Shown one piece after another: positions 7,155-13,994 of a stretch of DNA of 18,297 bases. The notes under the pieces are model-generated. The model was not told the origin of the DNA. It saw only the letters and a list, made by a program, of their open reading frames with translations, and ran no database searches. The position numbers were made by a program, and so were the translations under genes. Location of the stretch: assembly GCA_024274695.1 (NCBI GenBank), contig JAJSAI010000002.1, forward strand, positions 1 to 18,297, in the 5' to 3' direction. Origin of the DNA: an archaeon (GTDB taxonomy: Archaea; B1Sed10-29; JAJSAI01). Numbering within the stretch: position 1 is the first letter of the stretch; each line of letters starts with the position of its first letter.

Positions 7155-8225
7155 TTGAGAAACTTTAAATTGTTTTCGTTGTTCGGAATCGAACTCGAAC
7201 TCCACTGGTCTTTCGTGCTGTTCCTGGCACTGCTGCTCATACTAGACTGGGCGTTCGCCCTTCTGTTGTTGTTCGTGTTCTTGTTTGTCACCTTGCACGA
7301 GTTTTCTCATGCTCTGGTGGCCATGAAAAGGGGGATTGTCGTGAAAAAGGTTATCCTGCTCCCTATAGGTGGGATGGCGGTCATGGACCTGACGAACATA
7401 AAGCCGAAGGACGAACTTCTCATGGCCGTGGCCGGGCCTGCCTTCAATTTTGCCATGATGCTCTTAGTTTATCTCGTAGCGTCAGCGTATCATATGCCTT
7501 TAATGCAGTGGTTTGATGCTTTCCTGTCGGAGGGTGTTCCAGGACTCTCTGTTTTCGAGTTCGCGGTCTTTTACTCTTTCTGGGCGAACTTTATCCTGGG
7601 CGTGTTCAACTTTTTCATTCCCGCATTCCCCTTGGACGGGGGAAGGATACTGCGGGCTTTGCTTTCCGTTAAGCTCGGACCCCTCAGGGCTACTTTGATC
7701 GCAAGAAACATTAGCATTCTTCTTTCGGTGCTGATGATAACCCTGGGGTTCGTGGCGGGGAACGTGTGGCTGATCGTCATAGGCCTTTTCCTGATCTTTG
7801 GAGCGTCTTCAGAGTACGAGTCCCTGCGCGTGCTTAAGATGATAGAGGGTTATACTGCAGGGGACCTTCTTTCTAAGTTCTTCCTCGTTGTAGAATATGA
7901 CGATCCCCTGTCCGAGGTCGTCCGGAAAATGCTTTACTATCACACTACCTCCGCTCTTGTCAGAGCAAGGGGCAAGGGAGTTAGGGTGGTGAGCATTTCA
8001 CAGATAAACAAGATTCCAAGGGGAGAATGGAGCCTCGTACCTGCCGTGAAGGCCTCTGTTTACGTCCCGCCAGCCTCTCCAGGCTCTTCCCTTGAGAGCG
8101 TGCTGAAGAGGATGAACAAGTACGATGTTGGGCTTGTGCCCGTGGTTTCCGGAGGAAGGATAATCGGTGTTGTTGACAAGAACGCTGTGGAAAGCCTTGT
8201 GAGGCTGAAGGAGTTGCTCTCATGA
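7155..8225 (+). CDS. Site-2 protease (M50, SpoIVFB-like) with C-terminal CBS pair
   Basis: HEFSH, AGP and NFFIPAFPLDGGR motifs, multiple TM segments, CBS-type LVPVVSGGRIIGVV; TTG start. Confidence 0.93.
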   Translation: MRNFKLFSLFGIELELHWSFVLFLALLLILDWAFALLLLFVFLFVTLHEFSHALVAMKRGIVVKKVILLPIGGMAVMDLTNIKPKDELLMAVAGPAFNFAMMLLVYLVASAYHMPLMQWFDAFLSEGVPGLSVFEFAVFYSFWANFILGVFNFFIPAFPLDGGRILRALLSVKLGPLRATLIARNISILLSVLMITLGFVAGNVWLIVIGLFLIFGASSEYESLRVLKMIEGYTAGDLLSKFFLVVEYDDPLSEVVRKMLYYHTTSALVRARGKGVRVVSISQINKIPRGEWSLVPAVKASVYVPPASPGSSLESVLKRMNKYDVGLVPVVSGGRIIGVVDKNAVESLVRLKELLS

Positions 8226-8632
8226 GGATAGAACTCGCTCCTGATGTTCAGGACAAGATTCACCTGATAACGCGGGTGCTCAGAGAAGATTTCGCCCACG
8301 TTGACGCGAGGAAGGTAATAGCGATACGGAGTTACGGGACCAAGAACAATGCGGTGGCGAGAATCTGGGAGCTTCCGAGGGTGTGGCAGGTTGCACTGTT
8401 ATTGGAACCCCACTACGTTATAGAGGTCATATCAGAAAGGTATGACAAGCTCCCAGAGCCCGAGAAGGATAAGACCATAATCCACGAGCTGTTACACATC
8501 CCGAAAACGTTTTCAGGCGCCCTCGTCCCTCACAGGTGCTTCGGCAAGCTGAGGGTTGGCGAGAGGAAAGTCAAAAAACTTTATGAAAAGTATTCTGTGT
8601 TATTGGAAGGCTCGTGTAACATATTATTGTAG
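8222..8632 (+). CDS. Putative zincin-like metallopeptidase (small archaeal family)
   Basis: ARIW...YVIEVISERYDKL...TIIHELLHIP: HExxH motif. Translationally coupled to the M50 gene. Confidence 0.8.
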   Translation: MRIELAPDVQDKIHLITRVLREDFAHVDARKVIAIRSYGTKNNAVARIWELPRVWQVALLLEPHYVIEVISERYDKLPEPEKDKTIIHELLHIPKTFSGALVPHRCFGKLRVGERKVKKLYEKYSVLLEGSCNILL

Positions 8633-8950
8633 GTTTCTGGCCTTGCTTTTCATTTCGTTGAGTGCTTGTTTCACTGTCTCAGCATTTGTGGTGTACACCT
8701 TTATTCCCTTCTCTTGGAGCAAGTTTACTGCCTTCGGGCCTATTGCTCGGCATAATACAATTTTTACTCCCTTTTTTTCTAAGAGTTCAGGAGGGAGTCC
8801 TGATCCTCCCATGTGCTCGCTGGTATTGTCTATGATCTCCACAGTGTTTTTGTCCTCATCGATGATTGTGTATGTCTTGCTCCTTCCAAAGTGGTAGGCT
8901 ATTCTTTCCTCAAGCCCTTTTCTTCCTTCGGTGGGTATAGCGATTCTCAT
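8624..8950 (-). CDS. NifB/NifX (dinitrogenase FeMo-cofactor biosynthesis-like) domain protein
   Basis: True start at ATG 8950: MRIAIPT...HFGRSKTYTII...IG-P-KA...GIKVY. The ORF-track upstream extension is spurious. Confidence 0.88.
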   Translation of the reverse strand: MRIAIPTEGRKGLEERIAYHFGRSKTYTIIDEDKNTVEIIDNTSEHMGGSGLPPELLEKKGVKIVLCRAIGPKAVNLLQEKGIKVYTTNAETVKQALNEMKSKARNLQ

Positions 8951-9255
8951 CCCAGGATCACTTCTAGCGCTTGCTTTACTGTAATACCGCCTAGCTCTCG
9001 ATAGGACATGCCCTTTTCTTTGATGGCCTGCATCATGTTTGGACCGAACCTTCCGCTTACGACCATGTCCACTCCTTCGTTTGCAAGCATTTTGGTCACT
9101 CCGTATCCTGCTCCTCCACTTCCTCTGGTGAACGGGTTCCTGATTTTTTTCACCAGTTTTTTGTCTTCGAATATGAGGTACCATGGTGCTCTGCCTGCTG
9201 TAGGACAGACAGGTGAGTCTATGGACTCTCCTTCTGATGCTATTGCTATCCTCAT
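8947..9255 (-). CDS. NifB/NifX domain protein (second paralog)
   Basis: MRIAIASEG...GRAPWYLIF...NP...GAG...VVSGRFGPN. Confidence 0.88.
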   Translation of the reverse strand: MRIAIASEGESIDSPVCPTAGRAPWYLIFEDKKLVKKIRNPFTRGSGGAGYGVTKMLANEGVDMVVSGRFGPNMMQAIKEKGMSYRELGGITVKQALEVILG

Positions 9256-9755
9256 TTTGTTACCTCCAGTATTTTTTCAGTCAGCCAACCGGCAATAAAC
9301 GACAGAAACACTGTAACAAATGTTAAGACTGCTGCGTATTTCACTCCGAAGTAGAAGATGAGTAAGGGCATGAGAGGGATTTTCACAGCTCGGTTGTAAA
9401 GGAAGTTTGCTAAGAGCGCGTCCCTGACTCCATGTTTCTTGAGCTCGCTTAAGAGAGGGTACCACATGTATATTGGTCCCGTTGACAGGATCCCTGAAAC
9501 AGTGGTTATGATCCAGCCTCTTGCACCGGATTCTTTTCCCATGTATCTCGCAAGGCTATTTGGTTTGATGTAGTAGTTCATGACTGCGCTGACGCCTATG
9601 ATCAGCACAAAAACTGGCACAAGTTGTCCAAGGATGTTTGCCGCAAAACTTAGGGCAGGAGATACCTTGTCAGGCGCGATGATAAAAGTGACACCGTATG
9701 CTACGAGGACTGCTAAAAGAAAGTACCAGCCTGTATAACTTTTCTCGCTTGTCAT
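9252..9755 (-). CDS. Predicted permease half (DUF318/ArsP-like)
   Basis: Start at ATG 9755 (MTSEK), overlapping the upstream stop. Hydrophobic, with GILSTGPIYMWYPLL. Confidence 0.75.
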   Translation of the reverse strand: MTSEKSYTGWYFLLAVLVAYGVTFIIAPDKVSPALSFAANILGQLVPVFVLIIGVSAVMNYYIKPNSLARYMGKESGARGWIITTVSGILSTGPIYMWYPLLSELKKHGVRDALLANFLYNRAVKIPLMPLLIFYFGVKYAAVLTFVTVFLSFIAGWLTEKILEVTK

Positions 9756-10180
9756 AATATGTTCACCAGCACAAATGTCATTAGCGCTCCAACTATTGAC
9801 AGCAGGAACGCGACGGCGTTCCTGGTCAGTGCAAATCTTTTGCCTAGGAGTATTGATTCTGCGGGCAGTTGTACAATCCCCACGGTCACCCATGCAAGCA
9901 AGAAGCTTGTTACAGTGACAAGCCCTACACCCTGTTTTATCAGCTCTCCTCCTATAACATAGCTTGTCACAGGATTTCCCGCGAGAATACTTCCTAAAGC
10001 ACCTCCTATAAGAGGTCCAATGATCATACTATTGGAAAGCACTCCGGCCACTGTTTTGCTCGGTACTATGGCCTTGGTCAGGCTTACTAGGAGTACTACT
10101 CCCAGAATTACGGGTAGGGCATTCCAAATACTTTTTATTGCTTTAAACACTGCGTTCTTCCAGGACCTGGCAGAAACCAT
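9752..10180 (-). CDS. Predicted permease half (DUF318/ArsP-like)
   Basis: GSILAGNPVTSYVIGGEL...WVTVGIVQLPAE...LGKRFALTRN. Confidence 0.78.
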   Translation of the reverse strand: MVSARSWKNAVFKAIKSIWNALPVILGVVLLVSLTKAIVPSKTVAGVLSNSMIIGPLIGGALGSILAGNPVTSYVIGGELIKQGVGLVTVTSFLLAWVTVGIVQLPAESILLGKRFALTRNAVAFLLSIVGALMTFVLVNIL

Positions 10181-10182
10181 AT

Positions 10183-10196
10183 TGAATAATTATTCA
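10183..10196. promoter_or_regulatory. Perfect 14-bp palindromic operator TGAATAATTATTCA
   Basis: Lies between the minus-strand TATA (TTTAGATA, 10210-10203) and the ATG at 10180. Confidence 0.7.
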
Positions 10197-10266
10197 GTTT
10201 GCTATCTAAAGGTTTCGGCCATTTTTAGCGTAACTTTTAAATACGCTCTTCTCTTTTTTCATTTTC

Positions 10267-10965
10267 ATGGGTACACTCCTCGAGTTCATAGAGGCTCAGG
10301 AAAAGAGCCATTCCAGGTTGGGCGTTAGGAACCTGCACAAGCTGAAGCAGGTTTATGGTACGGGAATCAGCCAGCAGGACTTTGAGTTCCAGCTTAAGGC
10401 CGTTCTGAAGCTTATTGATTCCGCCAAGCCCAAGAGCCTTTCCGTGAACGTTGATCCTGAGTACACTAAGATAAGCAAGCTGGAGTTCAAGCCCACGATC
10501 TCAAGACCGAACTTTGTGTTCAGGGACAGGTTTGACAAGCCTTTTTCAGGATGGTACACTCCTACCGTGTACGTGCCTCAGACGAATTCTGTCACTTCCC
10601 TGAATCCCGACTTCCTGTTCTTCAGGGGAGACTTGGACTGCATGTACAGGATAGAGCCTGAGTTCAGGAGAGAGCTTTACTCGTACGAGTTCCTGTCGGA
10701 CCAGATGCTGAGAAAGCTTAGCATGAAACTGCTGTCAAGAATGCATCCAGTGCACCTTGCTGTTTTCGCCCGGAGGAGGTTTTATGACAGGGGCCTGGCA
10801 GAAATAAAGGCAGTCCAGTTCTATCTGAGGCCTAGGACTATGCTCGTGCTCTCAGAATCCGAGCTTTCCACAATGTTCAAGATGGGCTTGCCCGTGAATA
10901 CCAGGTTCATAGAAAAGGTTGACATGAACTACGAGAAAATAAAGCAGGAAAAACTGTTTTACTAG
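10267..10965 (+). CDS. Hypothetical protein (possible degenerate PD-(D/E)xK fold)
   Basis: 232-aa ORF with TTTTAAATA (10235-10243) upstream at leaderless distance; no confidently recognised family. Confidence 0.7.
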   Translation: MGTLLEFIEAQEKSHSRLGVRNLHKLKQVYGTGISQQDFEFQLKAVLKLIDSAKPKSLSVNVDPEYTKISKLEFKPTISRPNFVFRDRFDKPFSGWYTPTVYVPQTNSVTSLNPDFLFFRGDLDCMYRIEPEFRRELYSYEFLSDQMLRKLSMKLLSRMHPVHLAVFARRRFYDRGLAEIKAVQFYLRPRTMLVLSESELSTMFKMGLPVNTRFIEKVDMNYEKIKQEKLFY

Positions 10966-10968
10966 CCT

Positions 10969-11652
10969 CTAGGTGTTCTTGGCTATTCTTGACTTTATTT
11001 CTTTTATCGGGAGTACTGTTGTTGCTATTGGTACTCCTTCTATCTCAGAGATCCTGATTGCTAAGGGATCCACCTTGGGAATATTGTGCAGTACTACCAT
11101 GCTCGGTTTTAGTTTGGTTACTCTGATGGCCACCATCGGGCTTCTTCCCATGCTCACGTTAGTGAATATTAACGCCCTCTCTGTCGTGGACCCGTATATC
11201 TTCACGAACTCGTCGGCAGGAAGCTCGAGAATAGCGCGCAGGGAGTCCACGAATGTTACTCCGAATATTGTGCTGTTCTTCAGTTTTCTTTTGTTCGTCA
11301 CGATCTTGCACTCTATTGATTCGGCAAATTCTAGTCCTGGCATAGGCTTTTTGAACTCCACGACCTCGTATATGTCCTTCTTCTGCTCAGGAGGCGCCAG
11401 GTTTTTGAGGGTCCACCCTCCTCTTTTCCTGTCTATTTCGCACAGCGCTTCTATGAACCTTCTTATGAGCCTGATTCCAGGGCTTTTTCTTCTGTTTGAC
11501 TCGTAGTCAGAAATCGTGCTTGGGGTTACCTTCATCTGCTCTGCGAGCTCTGTTTGGGTTACCCCGAACATTTCCCTCCATTTTTTCAAGCTCGCTCCGG
11601 GATTGTCGGAAAGGGTTATTTCTCCCGCGATCCTCTGGATTATCTCTTCCAT
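10969..11652 (-). CDS. XRE-HTH transcriptional regulator, conserved archaeal family (COG1709-like) with a DRTGG-like C-terminal domain
   Basis: IAGEITLSDNPG-x-SLKKWRE-x-FG-x-TQTELA...ISDYESNRRKSPG and RALIFTNVSMGRSPMVAIRV. Confidence 0.9.
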   Translation of the reverse strand: MEEIIQRIAGEITLSDNPGASLKKWREMFGVTQTELAEQMKVTPSTISDYESNRRKSPGIRLIRRFIEALCEIDRKRGGWTLKNLAPPEQKKDIYEVVEFKKPMPGLEFAESIECKIVTNKRKLKNSTIFGVTFVDSLRAILELPADEFVKIYGSTTERALIFTNVSMGRSPMVAIRVTKLKPSMVVLHNIPKVDPLAIRISEIEGVPIATTVLPIKEIKSRIAKNT

Positions 11653-11660
11653 GCTCTTAG

Positions 11661-11690
11661 ATTAACGTGACGGGTTTAAATAATTAACGT
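11661..11690. promoter_or_regulatory. Potentially bidirectional TATA box flanked by ATTAACGT direct repeats
   Basis: ATTAACGT at 11661-11668 and 11683-11690 around TTTAAATA (11675-11682). Confidence 0.55.
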
Positions 11691-11701
11691 ATACCTTGTT
11701 T

Positions 11702-11798
11702 GGGGTGTTAGCCTTCACATAATCAGCGGGTAAAAAAGTGTGGTGGAGAGGAGGCTCACCCAAGAGGCCAGGAGTAGAAGCGTTCGGCTCCTCTCCGT
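11702..11798 (+). ncRNA. Candidate structured RNA, copy A (strand uncertain)
   Basis: 5' hairpin GGGGT-GTTA-GCCTT. An 11-bp stem (11743-11753/11788-11798, two G-U pairs on +) encloses motifs shared with copy B. Confidence 0.45.
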
Positions 11799-12002
11799 GG
11801 AGAATACGGCAGTATATACATGCCAGTTAATATTTATATGCTTTCCGTTAGAACATTAACGAAACGACGTTTGCCGAATGACGTAGAAAGTGCTTTTCTC
11901 GTGCGCAGAAGAGAGATTTTGTTGAGGTTCTAACAAATTATACTGCTTAGGTTAGCATTCTGAACGATCATTCTTTTATATTACTATAGTGTTTAGAAGT
12001 TC

Positions 12003-12141
12003 GGAGGTGATAGGAGCGCCTCTAAATAGGTCGGCTGTCTGATGAAGAGGTGGGGGGATGAGGCTCACCCGGCCAAGAGGGCTTTGTTCGGCGTCCCACC
12101 CCCTCTGATCCAAACCCCTATTTTAAACGTCTCTATTTTTT
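12003..12141 (+). ncRNA. Candidate structured RNA, copy B
   Basis: TTTTATAT at 11974; hairpin GAGGTG/CGCCTC; stem AAATAGG/CCTATTT; 13-of-15-bp stem 12046-12060/12092-12106; T6 at 12136-12141. Confidence 0.5.
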
Positions 12142-12160
12142 GTGCACGGGAGAAATTGAG

Positions 12161-12166
12161 AAAAAA
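12161..12166 (-). terminator. Oligo-T terminator candidate after the PRC-barrel genes
   Basis: T6 on the minus strand in a pyrimidine-rich tract about 16 nt after the stop at 12183. Confidence 0.4.
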
Positions 12167-12182
12167 GGAGGTATTCCAGCGC

Positions 12183-12425
12183 TCAGGCTGGGAAGTCTAC
12201 CAGAACGTACTTCCCGAACGCCCGCACGTCCCTGTAAGGGATCTCGAGAAGTTTATCCTTTGTGAGCCTCTGCTGTATTTCAGGGGTCATCTTAAGGGGC
12301 TTTACGAGGACGCTGGTGATTGTCCCTCCTTCTTCAAAGTACGCGTCCACGAGCACTCCTAGTTCTGTGCCGCTCGTGGTAACGACCTTGCGTCCGTTTA
12401 TTTTTGAGCCTAGCACTGTTGCCAT
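12183..12425 (-). CDS. PRC-barrel domain protein (CdpB-like)
   Basis: GRKVVTTSGTELGVLVD...IPYRDVRAFGKYVLV; SD GGAGG upstream. Confidence 0.85.
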   Translation of the reverse strand: MATVLGSKINGRKVVTTSGTELGVLVDAYFEEGGTITSVLVKPLKMTPEIQQRLTKDKLLEIPYRDVRAFGKYVLVDFPA

Positions 12426-12439
12426 GATTCTAAACCTCC

Positions 12440-12679
12440 TCAGGACCTTATGATGATTATGTCTCCTGTGGCTATCACTTTATCGAAGGGGATTATGTTC
12501 TTCTTCAGGAACTCTTTAGCCTTGGCAGTATCCCTTCCCAGGATTGAGGACAGGTCTGCCTTTACCAAGAACTTTATCTTCCCTTCCTGGGGTTCGATTA
12601 TGACGTCTCTCGCAACTCCCACGTATTCGCTATTCTCCGTGTAAATCCGTTTCCCGTACAGTTCGGTCATCCGGTTCAT
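12440..12679 (-). CDS. PRC-barrel domain protein (CdpB-like)
   Basis: LYGKRIYTENSEYVGVARDVII...IPFDKVIATGDIIII; SD GGAGG upstream. Confidence 0.87.
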   Translation of the reverse strand: MNRMTELYGKRIYTENSEYVGVARDVIIEPQEGKIKFLVKADLSSILGRDTAKAKEFLKKNIIPFDKVIATGDIIIIRS

Positions 12680-12719
12680 TCTGCATTCCTCCTTTCAAGT
12701 TAGTTAAGTGTTTTTCTTT

Positions 12720-13637
12720 TTATAACCTTTTCGCCCATTTTTTGGCGTTTTCAACGCATTCGAGGAGCACTTCCTTGAATTTTTCAGGGGGGACTCCCTG
12801 CATGGCCGCCGCGCCCTTGTGTCCTCCTGCCGTGCACCCGTGCTTTTCAGCCACTGGTTCCAGTACGTGTTCTACGAGATCAAACCCTTTTGCGGTGATC
12901 CAGGGCCTTGCCCTCGCGCTTATCCTTTTGTTTTTCTTGCTTCCCACAAAGCTCACGTCTGCGCCCACCTGCGTGAGCGCTGCCGCGGTCTGGCCTTCGA
13001 AGGCAGAGACCGCCGCGCTAGCGATTATTACCCCGTTTTCCCTTTCTATTCTGGCCCTCTGGCACGCTTTCAGCCTGGCTATTTTTTCGCTCTCGTCCGG
13101 CTCTACTCCCATCATGCTTATTTCTTCTGCTATGTTCTTGTTGTCCTCTGGCATGAGCTCTGCCAGGGCCAGCAGGGACTCTTTTCTGGCCACCCTGAGG
13201 CTTACTGTGTCATAGTATATTCCTGCCATCATCACTCTTCTCAGTTTTTCTCCCGGTTCCACTCCAAGCTCTTTCATTATCCTCCACACGAGCTCGGTTG
13301 TGGACCCTGCTCCAGGGTCTATGAGGTACCCGTCCAGTTCTTTCAGGAATTCCCTGTCCGGGGGATGATGGTCTATGACTATCTTCTTTTCTTTCCTTTC
13401 AAGTATGCCGGGGCACATTTCAGGAGAAGAAAAGTCAACGCAGACTATGAGTTTGTACTCTTCTTCAGGCCATTCTGTGAGAACCTTTTCCCCGTCCAGC
13501 ATGCTCCTGGCCATCTTGTTCAGGCTTTCGGGAACGAGGATGTCTGCTTTTCCGATAATTTTTTTCACGGCTAGAGCGGACGCTAACGCGTCCGCGTCAG
13601 GGATCTTGTGGGTTACGATCAGCGCCTTTTCGGTCAA
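12720..13637 (-). CDS. DHH/DHHA1 phosphoesterase (NrnA-like nanoRNase/pAp phosphatase)
   Basis: H-x-x-PDAD, VD, IDHH, D-T and GGH-x-x-AA motifs; TTG start. Confidence 0.9.
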   Translation of the reverse strand: MTEKALIVTHKIPDADALASALAVKKIIGKADILVPESLNKMARSMLDGEKVLTEWPEEEYKLIVCVDFSSPEMCPGILERKEKKIVIDHHPPDREFLKELDGYLIDPGAGSTTELVWRIMKELGVEPGEKLRRVMMAGIYYDTVSLRVARKESLLALAELMPEDNKNIAEEISMMGVEPDESEKIARLKACQRARIERENGVIIASAAVSAFEGQTAAALTQVGADVSFVGSKKNKRISARARPWITAKGFDLVEHVLEPVAEKHGCTAGGHKGAAAMQGVPPEKFKEVLLECVENAKKWAKRL

Positions 13638-13643
13638 TCCTCT

Positions 13644-13991
13644 TCACTTTTTGAGCTTCTTGAGGGCTTCTTCTATTTTCTCCTGCAGGCTCTTGGCGTT
13701 GTTCTTGAGCCTTTCTTCCTGTTTCTTGAGGGTATCGAGTTTCAGCTTGTTGTTCTCCTTTTTCTCCTCCAGTTCTTTTTCAACAGCTTCTTTGTTTTTT
13801 TCTATTATTATTCCCCCGATGTTCTTGTATACCTTGCCCTTGCATTCCTTCAGCTCTGCTAGGGCCTGTTCGATCAGCATGTTCTCCATTTCCAGCTGCT
13901 GCTCTTGGGCGACTATCATCTGCAGTTGCCTTTGTATGGCCTGCAACCTCAAAAGGTCTTCTTGAACTTCTTTCGGGAGTTCTGCCGGCAT
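13644..13991 (-). CDS. pfdB: Prefoldin beta subunit
   Basis: Coiled coils flanking the VYKNIGGIII hairpin; canonical position in the operon. Confidence 0.95.
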   Translation of the reverse strand: MPAELPKEVQEDLLRLQAIQRQLQMIVAQEQQLEMENMLIEQALAELKECKGKVYKNIGGIIIEKNKEAVEKELEEKKENNKLKLDTLKKQEERLKNNAKSLQEKIEEALKKLKK

Positions 13992-13994
13992 TCT

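Noticed and set aside
8624-9255. Nitrogen fixation
   Set aside because: Stand-alone NifX-like domains are common in non-diazotrophs, and there is no nifHDK here.
11732-11810. H/ACA guide RNA on the minus strand (hairpin followed by ACA)
   Set aside because: No bipartite pseudouridylation pocket or apical k-turn/k-loop is visible.
12054-12100. Fluoride riboswitch-like start GGGGATGAGGCTCACCC
   Set aside because: P1 and the pseudoknot are mismatched, the conserved CUGAUG/CUAAUG segment is absent downstream, and no fluoride-related gene follows.
12046-12106. tRNA or split-tRNA half: GCTC-ACCCGGCCAA-GAG looks like a D-arm and GTTCGGC(G)TCC like a T-loop
   Set aside because: No anticodon arm, no T-stem 5' strand, and no GTTCRA. 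It cannot fold into a cloverleaf; a remote tRNA ancestry is not excluded.
12039-12115. Hammerhead ribozyme core CTGATGA
   Set aside because: No GAAA after stem II and no compatible three-way junction.
11653-12182. Replication origin, CRISPR array, SRP RNA or RNase P RNA
   Set aside because: No ORB consensus or adjacent orc1/cdc6, no regular repeat-spacer period, and no SRP helix-8 or RNase P P4 motifs.
12042-12362. ORF-track 106-aa ORF, and a 21-codon minus ORF at 11821-11756
   Set aside because: The first overlaps a PRC-barrel gene antisense. Similarity between copies A and B is not frame-preserving, and the short ORF's ATG is too close to the TATA box.
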